Assembly: GCF_002113885.1 (NCBI RefSeq)
Contig: NW_018406103.1
Span: 1,045,661-1,109,660, forward strand
Length of the DNA: 64,000 bases
Direction of reading: 5' to 3'
Origin: Mizuhopecten yessoensis
Lineage: Eukaryota
Every line of letters starts with the position of its first letter. Position 1 is the first letter of the stretch. The notes beneath the pieces were generated by a model. The model worked only from the letters and a program-made list of their open reading frames with translations. It did not search any database and was not told the origin of the DNA. Of the stretch, positions 48,001-59,800 are shown piece by piece. The translations under genes and the position numbers were made by a program.

Positions 48001-51000
48001 AAGTAAGAAAAGGTATGCCGGGCGCTGATTTCCGGAAAGTTTTTATGAGGCGATACTGGTTGTGTGATTTCCGGTTAGGGTTTAGGTTCATAAAGTTGAA
48101 CCATTTTCGTTTCTGCAGTGTATAATACTGGAGTTATCTCCCTTCCTCTAGTAAATTATCGCGACATTGAGCTTGGAATTTGACCTATGTTTCGTTTTAT
48201 CCGACAACCTAGCATAATTTACTTGTTACCTACGGTCTTCAGATGATCTTAGATGTTGCGAGGACGTTAAATTCCGCACAATCTTGTGTCATAATAATAA
48301 AAAAAAAACAACCGATTACCCGCTTCCTAATTTGTATCCAATCTAATTAAAATTAGAAACATAATTCTACTCCGCTAAGATACACTTAATGTATTGGAAT
48401 GTATCGTAGAGGAGCGAAATTACAAGTCTAGTTATGATAAAAATGAATTTGTATCGCGGTTATTTGTCCTATATGTTTTTGTTTTATTTATTTGTATTTT
48501 ATTACTCGAATTCTAAAAAATTATGTCATATAACGTACATCACTTAAAATAGAATATTTGTTTTTTATAAGTACATGTAGCACAAATTTGTTTTTGCAGA
48601 AGTTCCTGTTCTGATTCCCAATCATGAACACAATACAATGAATGACCAACTTCCGGCATCCCTGCAACAAGTCGAGGCTGACCTTAGGAAGGTCATGGAC
48701 GATTTCGTCCAGGTCTACGAAAGACTTGACACGGGCGATGATCCAACAAAGAAGCCGAACTACTCATATACCGAACTGGTGTACCTAGCTATCTTGAGAT
48801 CACCGAACTTTTGTCTTCCCATCACAGAAATCTATAAATACATCAGGAGCAGATTCACATTCTTTCGGGACTCCCACAGAACTCACTGGAAAAACGCCGT
48901 AAGACATAGTTTATCGAAGACAAAATGTTTCACAAAAATTGCTGTCGGGAAACGGCACGGTGTTCCGGGTTTGCCGAACCGGTCATCATTTCTCTGGTGT
49001 ATTCTACCAAACAGTATTGTGAGCTTTGCCAGGGGAGACTATCGACCATCGGTGGACAAGGAAAGTGGCATGAATACCCTTCGGTGGGGTTACTATAAGG
49101 TCAACGCTGGTCAGTTCTGGAGCCAAGTGGCCGTATACCTAGAGAAGAAGTTCGAGAGCTTCCGAACGATGGTTTCCAACAGTAGCGATCCAAGACAAAT
49201 AGTAAAGGTTAGTAAACTATAGCAAAAGTTATCTTAATCTGGGTCGAGCACTAAACATGACAATGTTGAATCCTGAATATGTAATGGAACAAGCGGAAAA
49301 CGAAAACGAAAAAAAATAAGTGCAACGGATGTAATGTGCGGTCGGTCACCCATCCAACTACTGACCACACTCAACGTTGCTCAATAAGTGAGCGTGTCCC
49401 CGGGTTATACCGCATCACTGGAAAAGCTAGCTTGCCAGTAAGTCAGTTTTTCCCCCTCAATTTCCTTAGCTGTTACACTATTCCCCCTCCGAGAAGTTTC
49501 GTTCCGAGACTTGGCCTGGGGAATCCCTGGTGTCCTCCCTGTGTACCAATGCACCTTCCCTAACCACCGGGAACTGGCCTTTCATGATCATACAGAGTTA
49601 CTACGCATAACGTGCGGGCGGTCATCAATCCAACTACTGACCACGCTCGATGCAGAACTAGTGAACGTGTCCCCGGGTTATACCGCATCACTGGAAATCC
49701 CCCTCATGTTCCTTAGCTGTTACAAAGAGTAGCCTCCCCTAGTTTTTCATTTTGCCGGAAGTTGCGAACATTCATTAAGTCATGGACTAAGTGGGATGTT
49801 CATCTCGATGAAGCCGAATCCCAGGTAGCATAGTGCGCTTTTCCATAGTTGTAAACACCATTCAAACTGTTTTCGGGACCTCTATATTATCGATGAAAAG
49901 ACGTTTAGCATTTGTATGTTAACTGTCGAAACACATAAACTCCAGTTATGCTAAAAAGATAGCATAAACATCACACTCATTGGTACAGTTTTTTTTCAAA
50001 ATAATAAATATATCAATATTATCACCGGAAAAAGCCGACAAGATACACCTCTCCACGGGAAAAAATGTGTTGTTTTTTTGTTTTCTATTTCGAAACAAAA
50101 TGAGTCCCTTAATTGACCAAATTTAAAATAAGTACCTACCTCTTATAACACTTTGAAAATAGACAATTTTACGTATAGAAAAACCAACTGAAGTACAATA
50201 TAGATTCGTTCAAAAATAACATTTCAAAAGTATTTAACAATCAGTATGGCTAAAAATATTCTCAAGTTAAGGATAATCGGCAAAATACTTTTTTTGAAGA
50301 TATAAAACACTTTTAGTTAATTTCAATACCGGTATAAGCTGATGATAAGTTTATTTTAATATAGGGTTTTCATTGAATTTCAATAAATTACAAATGCTGC
50401 ATTCACATACACAGAAAATGCTAATATTCAAAGTTCGCGAACAGGGCCGATTCGGGGCTATTTTAAGCCTAAATTTCACGATATAATCATAACTGCTCCT
50501 TATATTTTGAGCTAGTGCAAACAAAGACTTAAACAAATTCTGTATCCAAATATCATTTTGGGTGAGATATATTGACAGATATTGCCCAATGGATTTTGCT
50601 CAAATCTTCATCTCAAGCTATTTTGAAAGGCCAGCGTTAAGTCTAAGGTTCTGATTATATTTGGTATTAATTTTGTCGTTTTTGTTTTTTTACTAGGACA
50701 GCTGTTTATGATGTGGTCTTTTTCTTATAATCAGTTAAATAAGATAAGCTTTATTTATTTTACAATAATTATGAAACAAGTTTTTACAACTTATACTAAT
50801 CCCTCTTGTTGGCCCGGATGTTAGCGCGCGGGTGTCTTAATGTGGGAGGAAACCAGAGAAACCCACGTGGTCGGGCAGGTGACCCCAACCTTTTCACGTC
50901 CGATCGGGGAATCGTACACCAGCCGCCTTGGTGAAAGGCAAGTGCGCTAACCACTGCGCCACCCGACCGCCCCGTAATCAATCAAACCGCCGTACGAATT

Positions 51001-51740
51001 CCATACCCCATATAAAGGTTAATATTGCACATACAATGATGTTTAAAGAATTTCTCTGCGTTATTTAGTTTCAGATATGCTCTCTACCGGATCCATCCAC
51101 GCAATCTGACCTTACCGTGACACCGGAAGTGCTGGAGCACGTGGCTGATAATTCCAGAGACATTCTACCCGCCAATTGCCATGTCGGATACGGATTAGAA
51201 ACTGACTTCATGTCAAAATTTGAAAAAGCAACAGATACCGGAAATTCATCTACGGACGATGATTTTTCTCCAAAATCGTCTTCAATGTCAACCTCAGTTA
51301 ACGACAGTGGGCATGAAACACTTGAATCGAGCCCAGAGGAACTCCAGGGCGATTTGTTTTCGTGGAGACAACCAAAAAATAATCTTAATTCCTCGTATCT
51401 TTCGTTCATACCAGCCTATCAGAATCCGGGGCGGTTGTCGCCAGAGTTACCCGATCTTGGACACGTGAGTCCATTTGAATTATCTCCCTTGTCAAACCAC
51501 GGCGCTTCACCCCCACCATCCTTGCTGACGTCAACACAAAATTTACTGCGTGTTTCGCCCGTTCCGATGACGTCACCATCCTATTCAGATTCATACAGTT
51601 CGTATTATTCGCCATATCAGTCGAGTCACGTGATGTATCCTGCACTTCATGACCTTGCCTATTCGTATCCGGTTAACTATTATCCGATGCAAGGAAACGA
51701 CCCAATGATGTCCCTTACACCAGAGTGGTTAGGAAATTGA
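45025..51740 (+). CDS. Divergent forkhead-box (Fox) transcription factor, ~450 aa; exons 45025-45103, 48600-49207, 51075-51740
   Basis: Forkhead domain KKPNYSYTELVYLAILRSP...LPITEIYKYIRSRFTFF...WKNAVRHSLSKTKCFTK...FLWCI in exon 2. Phase-0 splice to a Ser/Pro/Tyr-rich last exon. Exon 1 (MGKRKRCNE...AFT, phase 1) joins in frame but is less certain. Confidence 0.85.
45965..47010 (-). mobile_element. Degenerate non-LTR retrotransposon (reverse transcriptase plus C-terminal CCHC knuckle) in Fox intron 1
   Basis: KAFDFVNR, GLFQGEILSPLLF, LMYADD, FNYLG, RLSAHNLNIEKGR, CTVC...EFHFMLKC split over three frames; (TATTG)n tail at ~45990-46030. Confidence 0.88.
49335..49725 (-). mobile_element. Tandemly duplicated (period ~276 bp) element containing a 5S rRNA internal-promoter fragment (SINE3-like)
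   Basis: Minus strand ttgagcaacgttgagtgtggtcagtagttggatgggtgaccg resembles 5S rRNA GTTAAGCAACGTCGGGCCCGGTTAGTACTTGGATGGGTGACCG; copies at 49344 and 49620. Confidence 0.6.
50795..50975 (-). mobile_element. tRNA-derived V-domain-like SINE (different family)
   Basis: Minus strand ggtggcgcagtggttagcgcacttgcctttcaccaag...cgattccc...gtgggtttctctggtttcctcccaca. Confidence 0.7.
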
Positions 51741-52579
51741 AAAATGTTTTGAACGGAGGTTGGTCTTCCGGATGTGACGTTTATAGTGCTATTTTTTACA
51801 CTCACAGAGTGGGTGTATACACTGTACAGTATATTTTGTTATATATTTTACGAAACAATAGAAATTGTATATTTTTACGAAACTACTAATAAGTGCAAGA
51901 GTTAGCGATGATCCTCCTTAATTTCAATAAGGACTTGTAATTATCATATATATATTTATTTATTCACTTTTTAATCAGAAAAGTAATATATATTTTATAA
52001 AAATATTTAAATATTAATCATGTGGCTGAAATCACGTGGCAATAATTTAAAAAGTCATTCAATCCGTATTCGTTCCTTTCATTTTTATCCGCAATTAACA
52101 GATGATTTTAATTGATCTTGCATTTTACGAAACTTGACCATTTTAAAATTGTATATGAAGATATGTTGTTTTTTATGAATATCGAAATTATTAAATGAAT
52201 AAATCTGTAATATTTGATCGGAATTTGAAAAGGAGTTATTTGTTATGTTATTTATTCACTAAAGTAACGCCGTCACGGTTCATTTAGAGATGACATGTGT
52301 ATGTCACACTGGTAAGTAATTAAACGCTCGGCTTCCTATCTCCTCTACGAAGGGAAAGGTCTCTGTGGCTCAACCACAGGTTCCGGGTTCGACTCCTGGC
52401 AGAGGTATTGAAAAAAGACCTTTCTTATAAAGACAGCTACGTAGGGACATGAGAAATATTTACAAAATACTCAGCATTGTTCTCACTAGTATCGTTTTTG
52501 GACTTGAAAACACTCGGGACGGAGTTCGTTCCTGGAGGAAGAGGAGTATGTCACAATGGTATAATATCGGCCACTTACA

Positions 52580-52775
52580 CAGGGACCTGAACATTGGTTG
52601 CAGTTATATTTTGACCTAAACTATGGTGTTCAGATTTATTATACACGTTTTAGGGGTTTAGATCAATTTCCGGTAAAAATGCCACCCTGGTCAAAACCCC
52701 TTAATCTTGAAAAATTACTCTGAACACATTAGTTTAGATCATAGCATAGCTGTAACCGATTCGAAGGCCCCTGTT
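52580..52775. mobile_element. CAGGG-terminated MITE; related pieces at ~14850-14975, ~37465-37535 and ~52875-52940
   Basis: cagggacctg...gacctaaacta.ggtgtt.ag / ctgaacac.ttagtttagg.c...ggtccctg shared among copies. Confidence 0.6.
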
Positions 52776-54210
52776 GAAGTAGATAAAGTCGTACGGAAGA
52801 GTTATTTTACACCTTTATAGGGCGTATATCTATTTTCGGTAAAAGTGGAATGCCATCCGAAATAATCCATAAAACATGTAAAAGTACTCTGAACATCTTA
52901 GTTTAGGTCCAAATGTAGCGGTAACCAATTCTCATATCCACGTGGCCGCTTCCTACAGACTCAGCTACGGAGAATTTGTCTTCAGCTACTTCTACAGAAC
53001 GTTAGACTAATAAAGCATACATGTTTGGTTCTACCACCACGAGCGAAGAAGAGTGAAAAAATAATCTTTGTTACACGTTTATATCGATCAAAAAAATTGA
53101 TGTAAATCGATGAAATTGACATTTTATACACTGTTACATAACTGGGACTCTCTAAGTGATGACGTCACTTCACAACATTATTCAAGACGGTCACTTTTAC
53201 GGAAATTCCCGAATGGTTCTAATTGACGTTTGACGTCTGAAAGAAATAGCAACCTATTTGAATATTCTATGTATGTTTTGATTAGGTTGTAGCGCAAAGA
53301 TATTTATGTATTTTGCAAGTTAGTGACTATTATTATCAATACGGTGTATAGAAAGAACAATATTGTTTCCGAGAAAGTGGATGTTTATCCATTCGGAAAC
53401 AAAGAAATCAAGAACCTAGAAGAAAAACGCAGAAGGTTAAAAAAAATATCTGGATGTTTTTCATGTACATAAAACAACTAAAACGCGTATTGTATAAAAT
53501 CCTTACACGTTGATCCGTGCCGTTTGGTTGATTGACATTCTTTGAAATGTTAAGAACATGTATTTTGTTCTCAAATGCAAATTTTTTTTTCAGTTGGCGC
53601 ACGTAGTAATTATTATACTCGCTAGGTGCCGCTAACATCGCGCCGCCATTACAGAAGTGATCATACTCATAAAGGCGGGGAAGTCGAAAAGCAAAACTAG
53701 GTAACATTGATATTTCTATAAAATTCCCTGGAACTTCACTGAATTTGTATTTACGTGTGTAAAGTTGATAATGATGAATTCAATTTTAAAGAGGCCGCTG
53801 CAAAATCAATCACCCCAAAGGATGTTAAATCGAACGAGTGACACTGAACCTCGTTTCGAACCATCATACATCGTCGACGTCATCATCTTCTTTAATTAAA
53901 TGATGTCATGTCAACGTCACAATTTACAACCAATGAAATCACGAGGTTACATTTGTAAAACAAGACTGAACACACGGATAATGCAAGTATTTCGACTTGT
54001 TGAACCAATCTGTGAGTGCTATAGAGTATATGCGATAACGTACAACAGATCCTTTACGTAGAAGAGTGACTTTGTGTAGTTAATAGTTGTACCAGTAGAA
54101 TAGAGTGACATTCACGCATCTTTGAATATATTTGAACGGAACTGTGTTGCATCCCGTCATAAATGCTAAAAAAAATGTGTTTTAAATCAGAAATTTTCCA
54201 TTTGCATTAA

Positions 54211-54392
54211 CTCCCTTGTCAGACTACGGCTCTCCACCTCCATTATCTTTGCTGACGTCTATCGGCAAACCTCGGGTGACTCCGCTACGCCCCATCACGA
54301 GTCAACCGAGGAGTTGCGAGTGTGCTGACGTGAACACAAAATTTACTACGCTTTTCACCAGTTTCGATGACGTCACCATACTATTTAGCTTT
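54211..54392 (+). pseudogene. Degenerate duplicate of part of Fox exon 3 (51484-51590), interrupted by a 64-bp insertion
   Basis: ctcccttgtcagactacggctctccacctccattatctttgctgacgt[...]gaacacaaaatttactacgcttttcaccagtttcgatgacgtcaccatactatt matches ctcccttgtcaaaccacggcgcttcacccccaccatccttgctgacgtcaacacaaaatttactgcgtgtttcgcccgttccgatgacgtcaccatcctatt. Confidence 0.8.
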
Positions 54393-54669
54393 CAGTCGAA
54401 CATACACGAGTTTACATGAAAACTGATACTTGAATTATGTAATTAAATTCATGCAAATTATAAACTACAAATAACTTTTTATTCTTTATTCAATAAATAA
54501 ATAAATACATTTGTATAATAATTAAATAATTGAGAATAAGCTTCAGATGGTCCGTAAAACGGTCAAGTGTCCTGAAAAGCATAAACAAGTGAATCAGTAA
54601 ATGGATACATCAACTTTGTGTAATAGGGTTTCATTAAAAACATTCTTATTTCTCAGAATTTCCCGATAA

Positions 54670-56760
54670 TTGTCAGTGAACTAAATGATTTATCAGTGAA
54701 CAGAATGTTTATCAGTTGAAATGAAATTATTTATCTGACGACAAAATGATTTTTCGGTGAATAAAAACATTTATTATTGAACAAAATTACTTGTCGGAAC
54801 AAAACGATTCATCATTGAACTAAATTCTTTATCATTGAACTACATGATTTATTATTGAACTATATAATTTATTATTGAACTACATGATTTATTATTGAAC
54901 TCCATTAATTTATTATTATTGAACTACATGATTTATTATTAAACTCTATAATTTATCATTGAACTACATAATTTATCATTGAACTACATGATTTATTATT
55001 GAACTATATAATTTATTATTGAACTACATGATTTATTATTGAACTCCATTAATTTATTATTATTGAACTACATGATTTATTATTAAACTCTATAATTTAT
55101 CATTGAACTACATGATTTATTATTGAACTACATGATTTATTATTGAACTCTATAATTTATCATTGAACTACATGCTTTATTATTAAACTCTATAATTTAT
55201 CATTGAACTACATGATCTATTATTGAACTATATGATTTATCATTGAACTATACGATTAATCATTGAACTCTATAATTTATCATTGAACTACATGATTTAT
55301 TATTGAACTCTATAATTTATCATTGAACTAAATGATTTATCATTGAACTCTATAAGTTATCATTGAACTAAATGAATGATCATTGAACTAAATGGTTTAT
55401 CATTGAACAATATAATTTATCATTGAACTATATGATTTATCATTGAACTATATGATTTATTATTGAACTATATGATTTATTATTGAACTAAATGATTGAT
55501 CATTGGACTAAATGATTGATCATTGAACTATATGGTTTATTATTGAACTAAATGATTTATCATTGAAATATATGATTTATCATTTAACTAAATGATTTAT
55601 TATTGAACTATATGATTTATCATTGATTTTCATGATTTATCATTGAACTTCATGATATATCATTGAACTTTATGGTTTATCATTCAACTATATGGTTTAT
55701 CATTGAACTAAATGATTTATCATTGAAATATATGCTTTATCATTTAACTAAATGATTTATTATTGAACTATATGATTTATCATTGATTTTCATGATTTAT
55801 CATTGAACTTCATGATATATCATTGAACTTTATGGTTTATCATTGAACTGAATGAATTATCATTGAACTACATGATTTATCATTGAACTAAATGATTTAT
55901 CATTTAACTATATGGTTTATCATTGAACTAAATGGTTTATCATTGAACAATATGATTTATCATTGAACTATATGATTTATCATTGAACTAAATGATTGAT
56001 CATTGAACTAAATGATTTATCATTGAACTATATGGTTTATCATTGAACTAAATGGTTTATCATTGAACAATATGATTTATCATTGAACTATATGATTTAT
56101 CATTGAACTATATGATTTATTATTAAACTATATGATTTATCATTGAACTAAATGATTGATCATTGAACTAAATGATTTATCATTGAACTATATGGTTTAT
56201 CATTGAACTAAATGATTTATCATTGAACTAAATGATTGATCATTGAACTAAATGATTTATTGAACTACATGATTTATTATTAAACTATATGATTTATCTT
56301 TGAACTAAATGATTGATCATTGAACTAAATTATTTATCATTGAACTATATGATTTATCATTGAATTTCATGACATATCATTGAACTTTATGGTTTATCAT
56401 TGAACTGAATGAATTATCATTGCACTATATGGTTTATCATTGAACTAAATGATTTATCATTGAACTGAATGAATTATCATTGAACTATATGGTTTATCAT
56501 TGAACTAAATGATTTATCATTGAACTATATGATTTATCATTGAACTATATGATATATCATTGAACTAATTGTTTTATGACAAAACAAAAATATGTATCAG
56601 TAAACGTATTTATTTATCAATATATGTAAATATTTTAGAAAACAAATATGTTTTACCATTGAATAAAACGATTTATTACTAAACAAGATATTTATCATTG
56701 AACATTGAACAATGAAATTATTTTTCAGAGAACAAATATGATTTATCAGTGAACAAAATG
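54670..56760. repeat. 20-bp minisatellite (tgatttatcattgaactata), ~90 copies in the core plus degenerate flanks
   Basis: Strict 20-bp periodicity over ~54830-56570. Confidence 0.95.
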
Positions 56761-56843
56761 AATAATAAGTTAACATTGATCAAAAGTCGATATCTTGCAA
56801 TTTGAAATGATCAAAAACCGGAAGTTGCCCCTACCGGATTTGT

Positions 56844-59800
56844 TTAGAAGTAAAAGCATCGGCATTTCGCGTCAACACAGTGGTAGTTTCCGCGTCCGCT
56901 ATGGCAGTTGGCGCTGGAAGGGCAGTCACTCTTGTCGGAACATCCTACAAAAGTTACAAACAAAAATATATGAATATTCAAAACATAGATTAAAATAAAA
57001 CAATGTTGTGAAAGTTATACACTGAACATGCTCTTATTACCGTACAATCAGCAGATCAATCGGGAACCGTCGGCACTTTCCGTAAACGAGAGTACCGACG
57101 GTTCTCGATTGTCAGCAGAGTAAATTGTTCGTCTGGTTAGCTAGTCTCGTTCAACCAGACTCTTGTTGTCTGCGCAAGCTACACCGAAAAATTACAAGTG
57201 ATCAAGCGTCTGGTTGAACGAGACTACGCCGGTATGAAACGAGGTCCTTCGGAAGTCATAAAAGTTTTTTGGAGGGACTAATGCCCCGAACCTGATCGCC
57301 CTGATCAGATGCAAACAACACTTTTTTTCATAATTTGAAATGGTCAATTTTATTTGTGTTTTTCTTTTGTTTTCTTATCTTTTGTAAGTTATAGCAGTCT
57401 TAAGGGATACGCGTACCACTGCCAAAACTGTGACTATGCTTCAGAAACAGTTTTCCAGCATGACTTTAGCTGTGCTAAGTCATTTTGATAAGAAAGCCAG
57501 ACCTTGCGGAACTTTATAAAGCAAAAACAAAACGAAACAAGCAAAATAGAATCAAAAAGACATTTTGTGTGTAAAACTTCAGCGATGCTAGACCAGGTTT
57601 CGAACCCTTGAGACAAGATTGTTAAACATGTATACCGTTGCTCTACCGAACTAAGCCACTTGGCCAACGGAAGTGCCCGACCCTCTTGTGCTTCAATAAA
57701 ATCCAAAACGAAATGAAGGGGAGGTTACTCTATATACAAAAATCACAGTGGAATTCTTCATTGTTTTGTCTGCAATGGTACAGGCATTCTTACGAAGTAC
57801 TTTTGCGTGTTCATTGCAATATGGTTTACGACACACGACAACTTGTCATCTAGTCCGAATTATTCTGAAGTTTATCGACTTTTTTCATATCGGTCTGTCG
57901 TCGATTAACGTCAGAACTCCGGCCCTCTATAATAGGCGGGAAATATGCGGCCCGCCCCCGGAGCGCACTTCAAACTGATATTTAGAAACAAATCGTCACT
58001 TTCACACACATGTCGAACATGGATCGAACGATCTATTCTTTATGCACAAGATGAACATACATAACATGCCTCAAACAACCAATACAATCACTAAAAACAT
58101 ATTTTTTCAAACTTACTCTGTTTTACTATAGTTTTTTGATAGTCCCGCCTTCTAATGCCACGTGACTAAAATATCGCCGGCCTACGTCATAACGTTGGGA
58201 AATACCTTCGGTAACGCGAGATCTCGGCAAGTCATGTGACATTGCTCATGGCCTAATTTCTATTAAACACATGGGTTGGTATAGAAAACGTTAGAAAATA
58301 CTTTTCGTAATGATCTTTGAAACATGTTATTGATACCATCTAGTGCATAAAGAATAGATCTTTCGATCCATGTGCGACATGTGTGTGAAAGTGACGATTT
58401 GTTTCTAAAATATCAGTTTGAAGTGCGCTCCGGGCGCGGGTCGCAGTCTCCCGCATATTATAGAGGGCCGGAGTTCTGACGTTAATCGACGACAGACCGA
58501 TATGAAAAAAGTCGATAAAACGTCAGAATAATTCGGACTACTTGTCATCTACCTACCCTACTTAAAAGAAAAAAAATAGGGTGCCATCTTGTAATTTTGT
58601 GGTATATGATTGTAATTTTGTAAGGAAAGGGCTTGACATAGGTTGCATTATGGCAATAAAATATGTTTAAATATATACTTATGGTTCAATATAATAGGAC
58701 GAATAGAATTAATCGTATACTGCTAAGAAATTCCCTAAATTTTGTGAGCAATATGATTCGTGACCATTTTTTATTTTCATAACACAATGTAGTATATTGA
58801 GACAAAATGTAACATATGGAGACAAAATGTAGCATATTGAGACAAAATGTATCACAATGAGACAAAATGTAACATATGGAGACAAAATGTATCACAAAGA
58901 GACAAAATGTAACATATGGAGACAAAATGTAGCGTAGTGAGACAAAATGTAGCATATTGAGACAAAATGTAGTATATTGAGACACAATGTAGCATATTGA
59001 GACAAAATGTAGCATATTGAGACAAAATGTAGCATATTGAGACAAAATGTAGTGTAGTGAGACAAAATGTAGCATATTGAGACAAAATGTAGTATATTGA
59101 GACACAATGAAGCGTAGTGAGACAAAATGTAGCATATTGAGACAAAATGTAACATTCTGAGACAAAATGTAACATATTGAGACACAATAAGACAAAATAT
59201 AACATATGGAGACAAAATGTAACATACTGAGATAAAATGTAGCATATTGAGACAAAATGTAACATACTGAGACAAAATGTAACATATTGAGACAAAATGT
59301 AGCATATTGAGACAAAATGTAGCATATTGAGGTAAAATGTAACATATTGAGATAAAATGTAACATACTGAGACAAAATGTAACATATTGAGACAAAATAA
59401 GCATATTGAGACAAAATGTAACATATTGAGACAAAATGTAGCATATTGAGACAAAATGTAACATACTGAGACAAAATGTAACATACTGAGACAAAATGTA
59501 GCATATTGAGACAAAATGTAACATACTGAGACAAAATGTAGCATATTGAGACAAAATGTAACATATTGAGACAAAATGTAACATATGGAGACAAAATGTA
59601 ACATATTGAGACAAAATGTAACATATTGAGACAAAATGTAGCATATTGAGACAAAATGTAACATACTGAGACAAAATGTAACATACTGAGACAAAATGTA
59701 ACATATTGAGACAAAATGTAACATATTGAGACAAAATGTAACATATTGAGATAAAATGTAACATACTGAGACAAAATGTAACATACTGAGACAAAATGTA

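Noticed and set aside
49335-49400. Functional 5S rRNA gene
   Set aside because: Only ~45 nt of the internal region matches; the 5' and 3' helices are absent.
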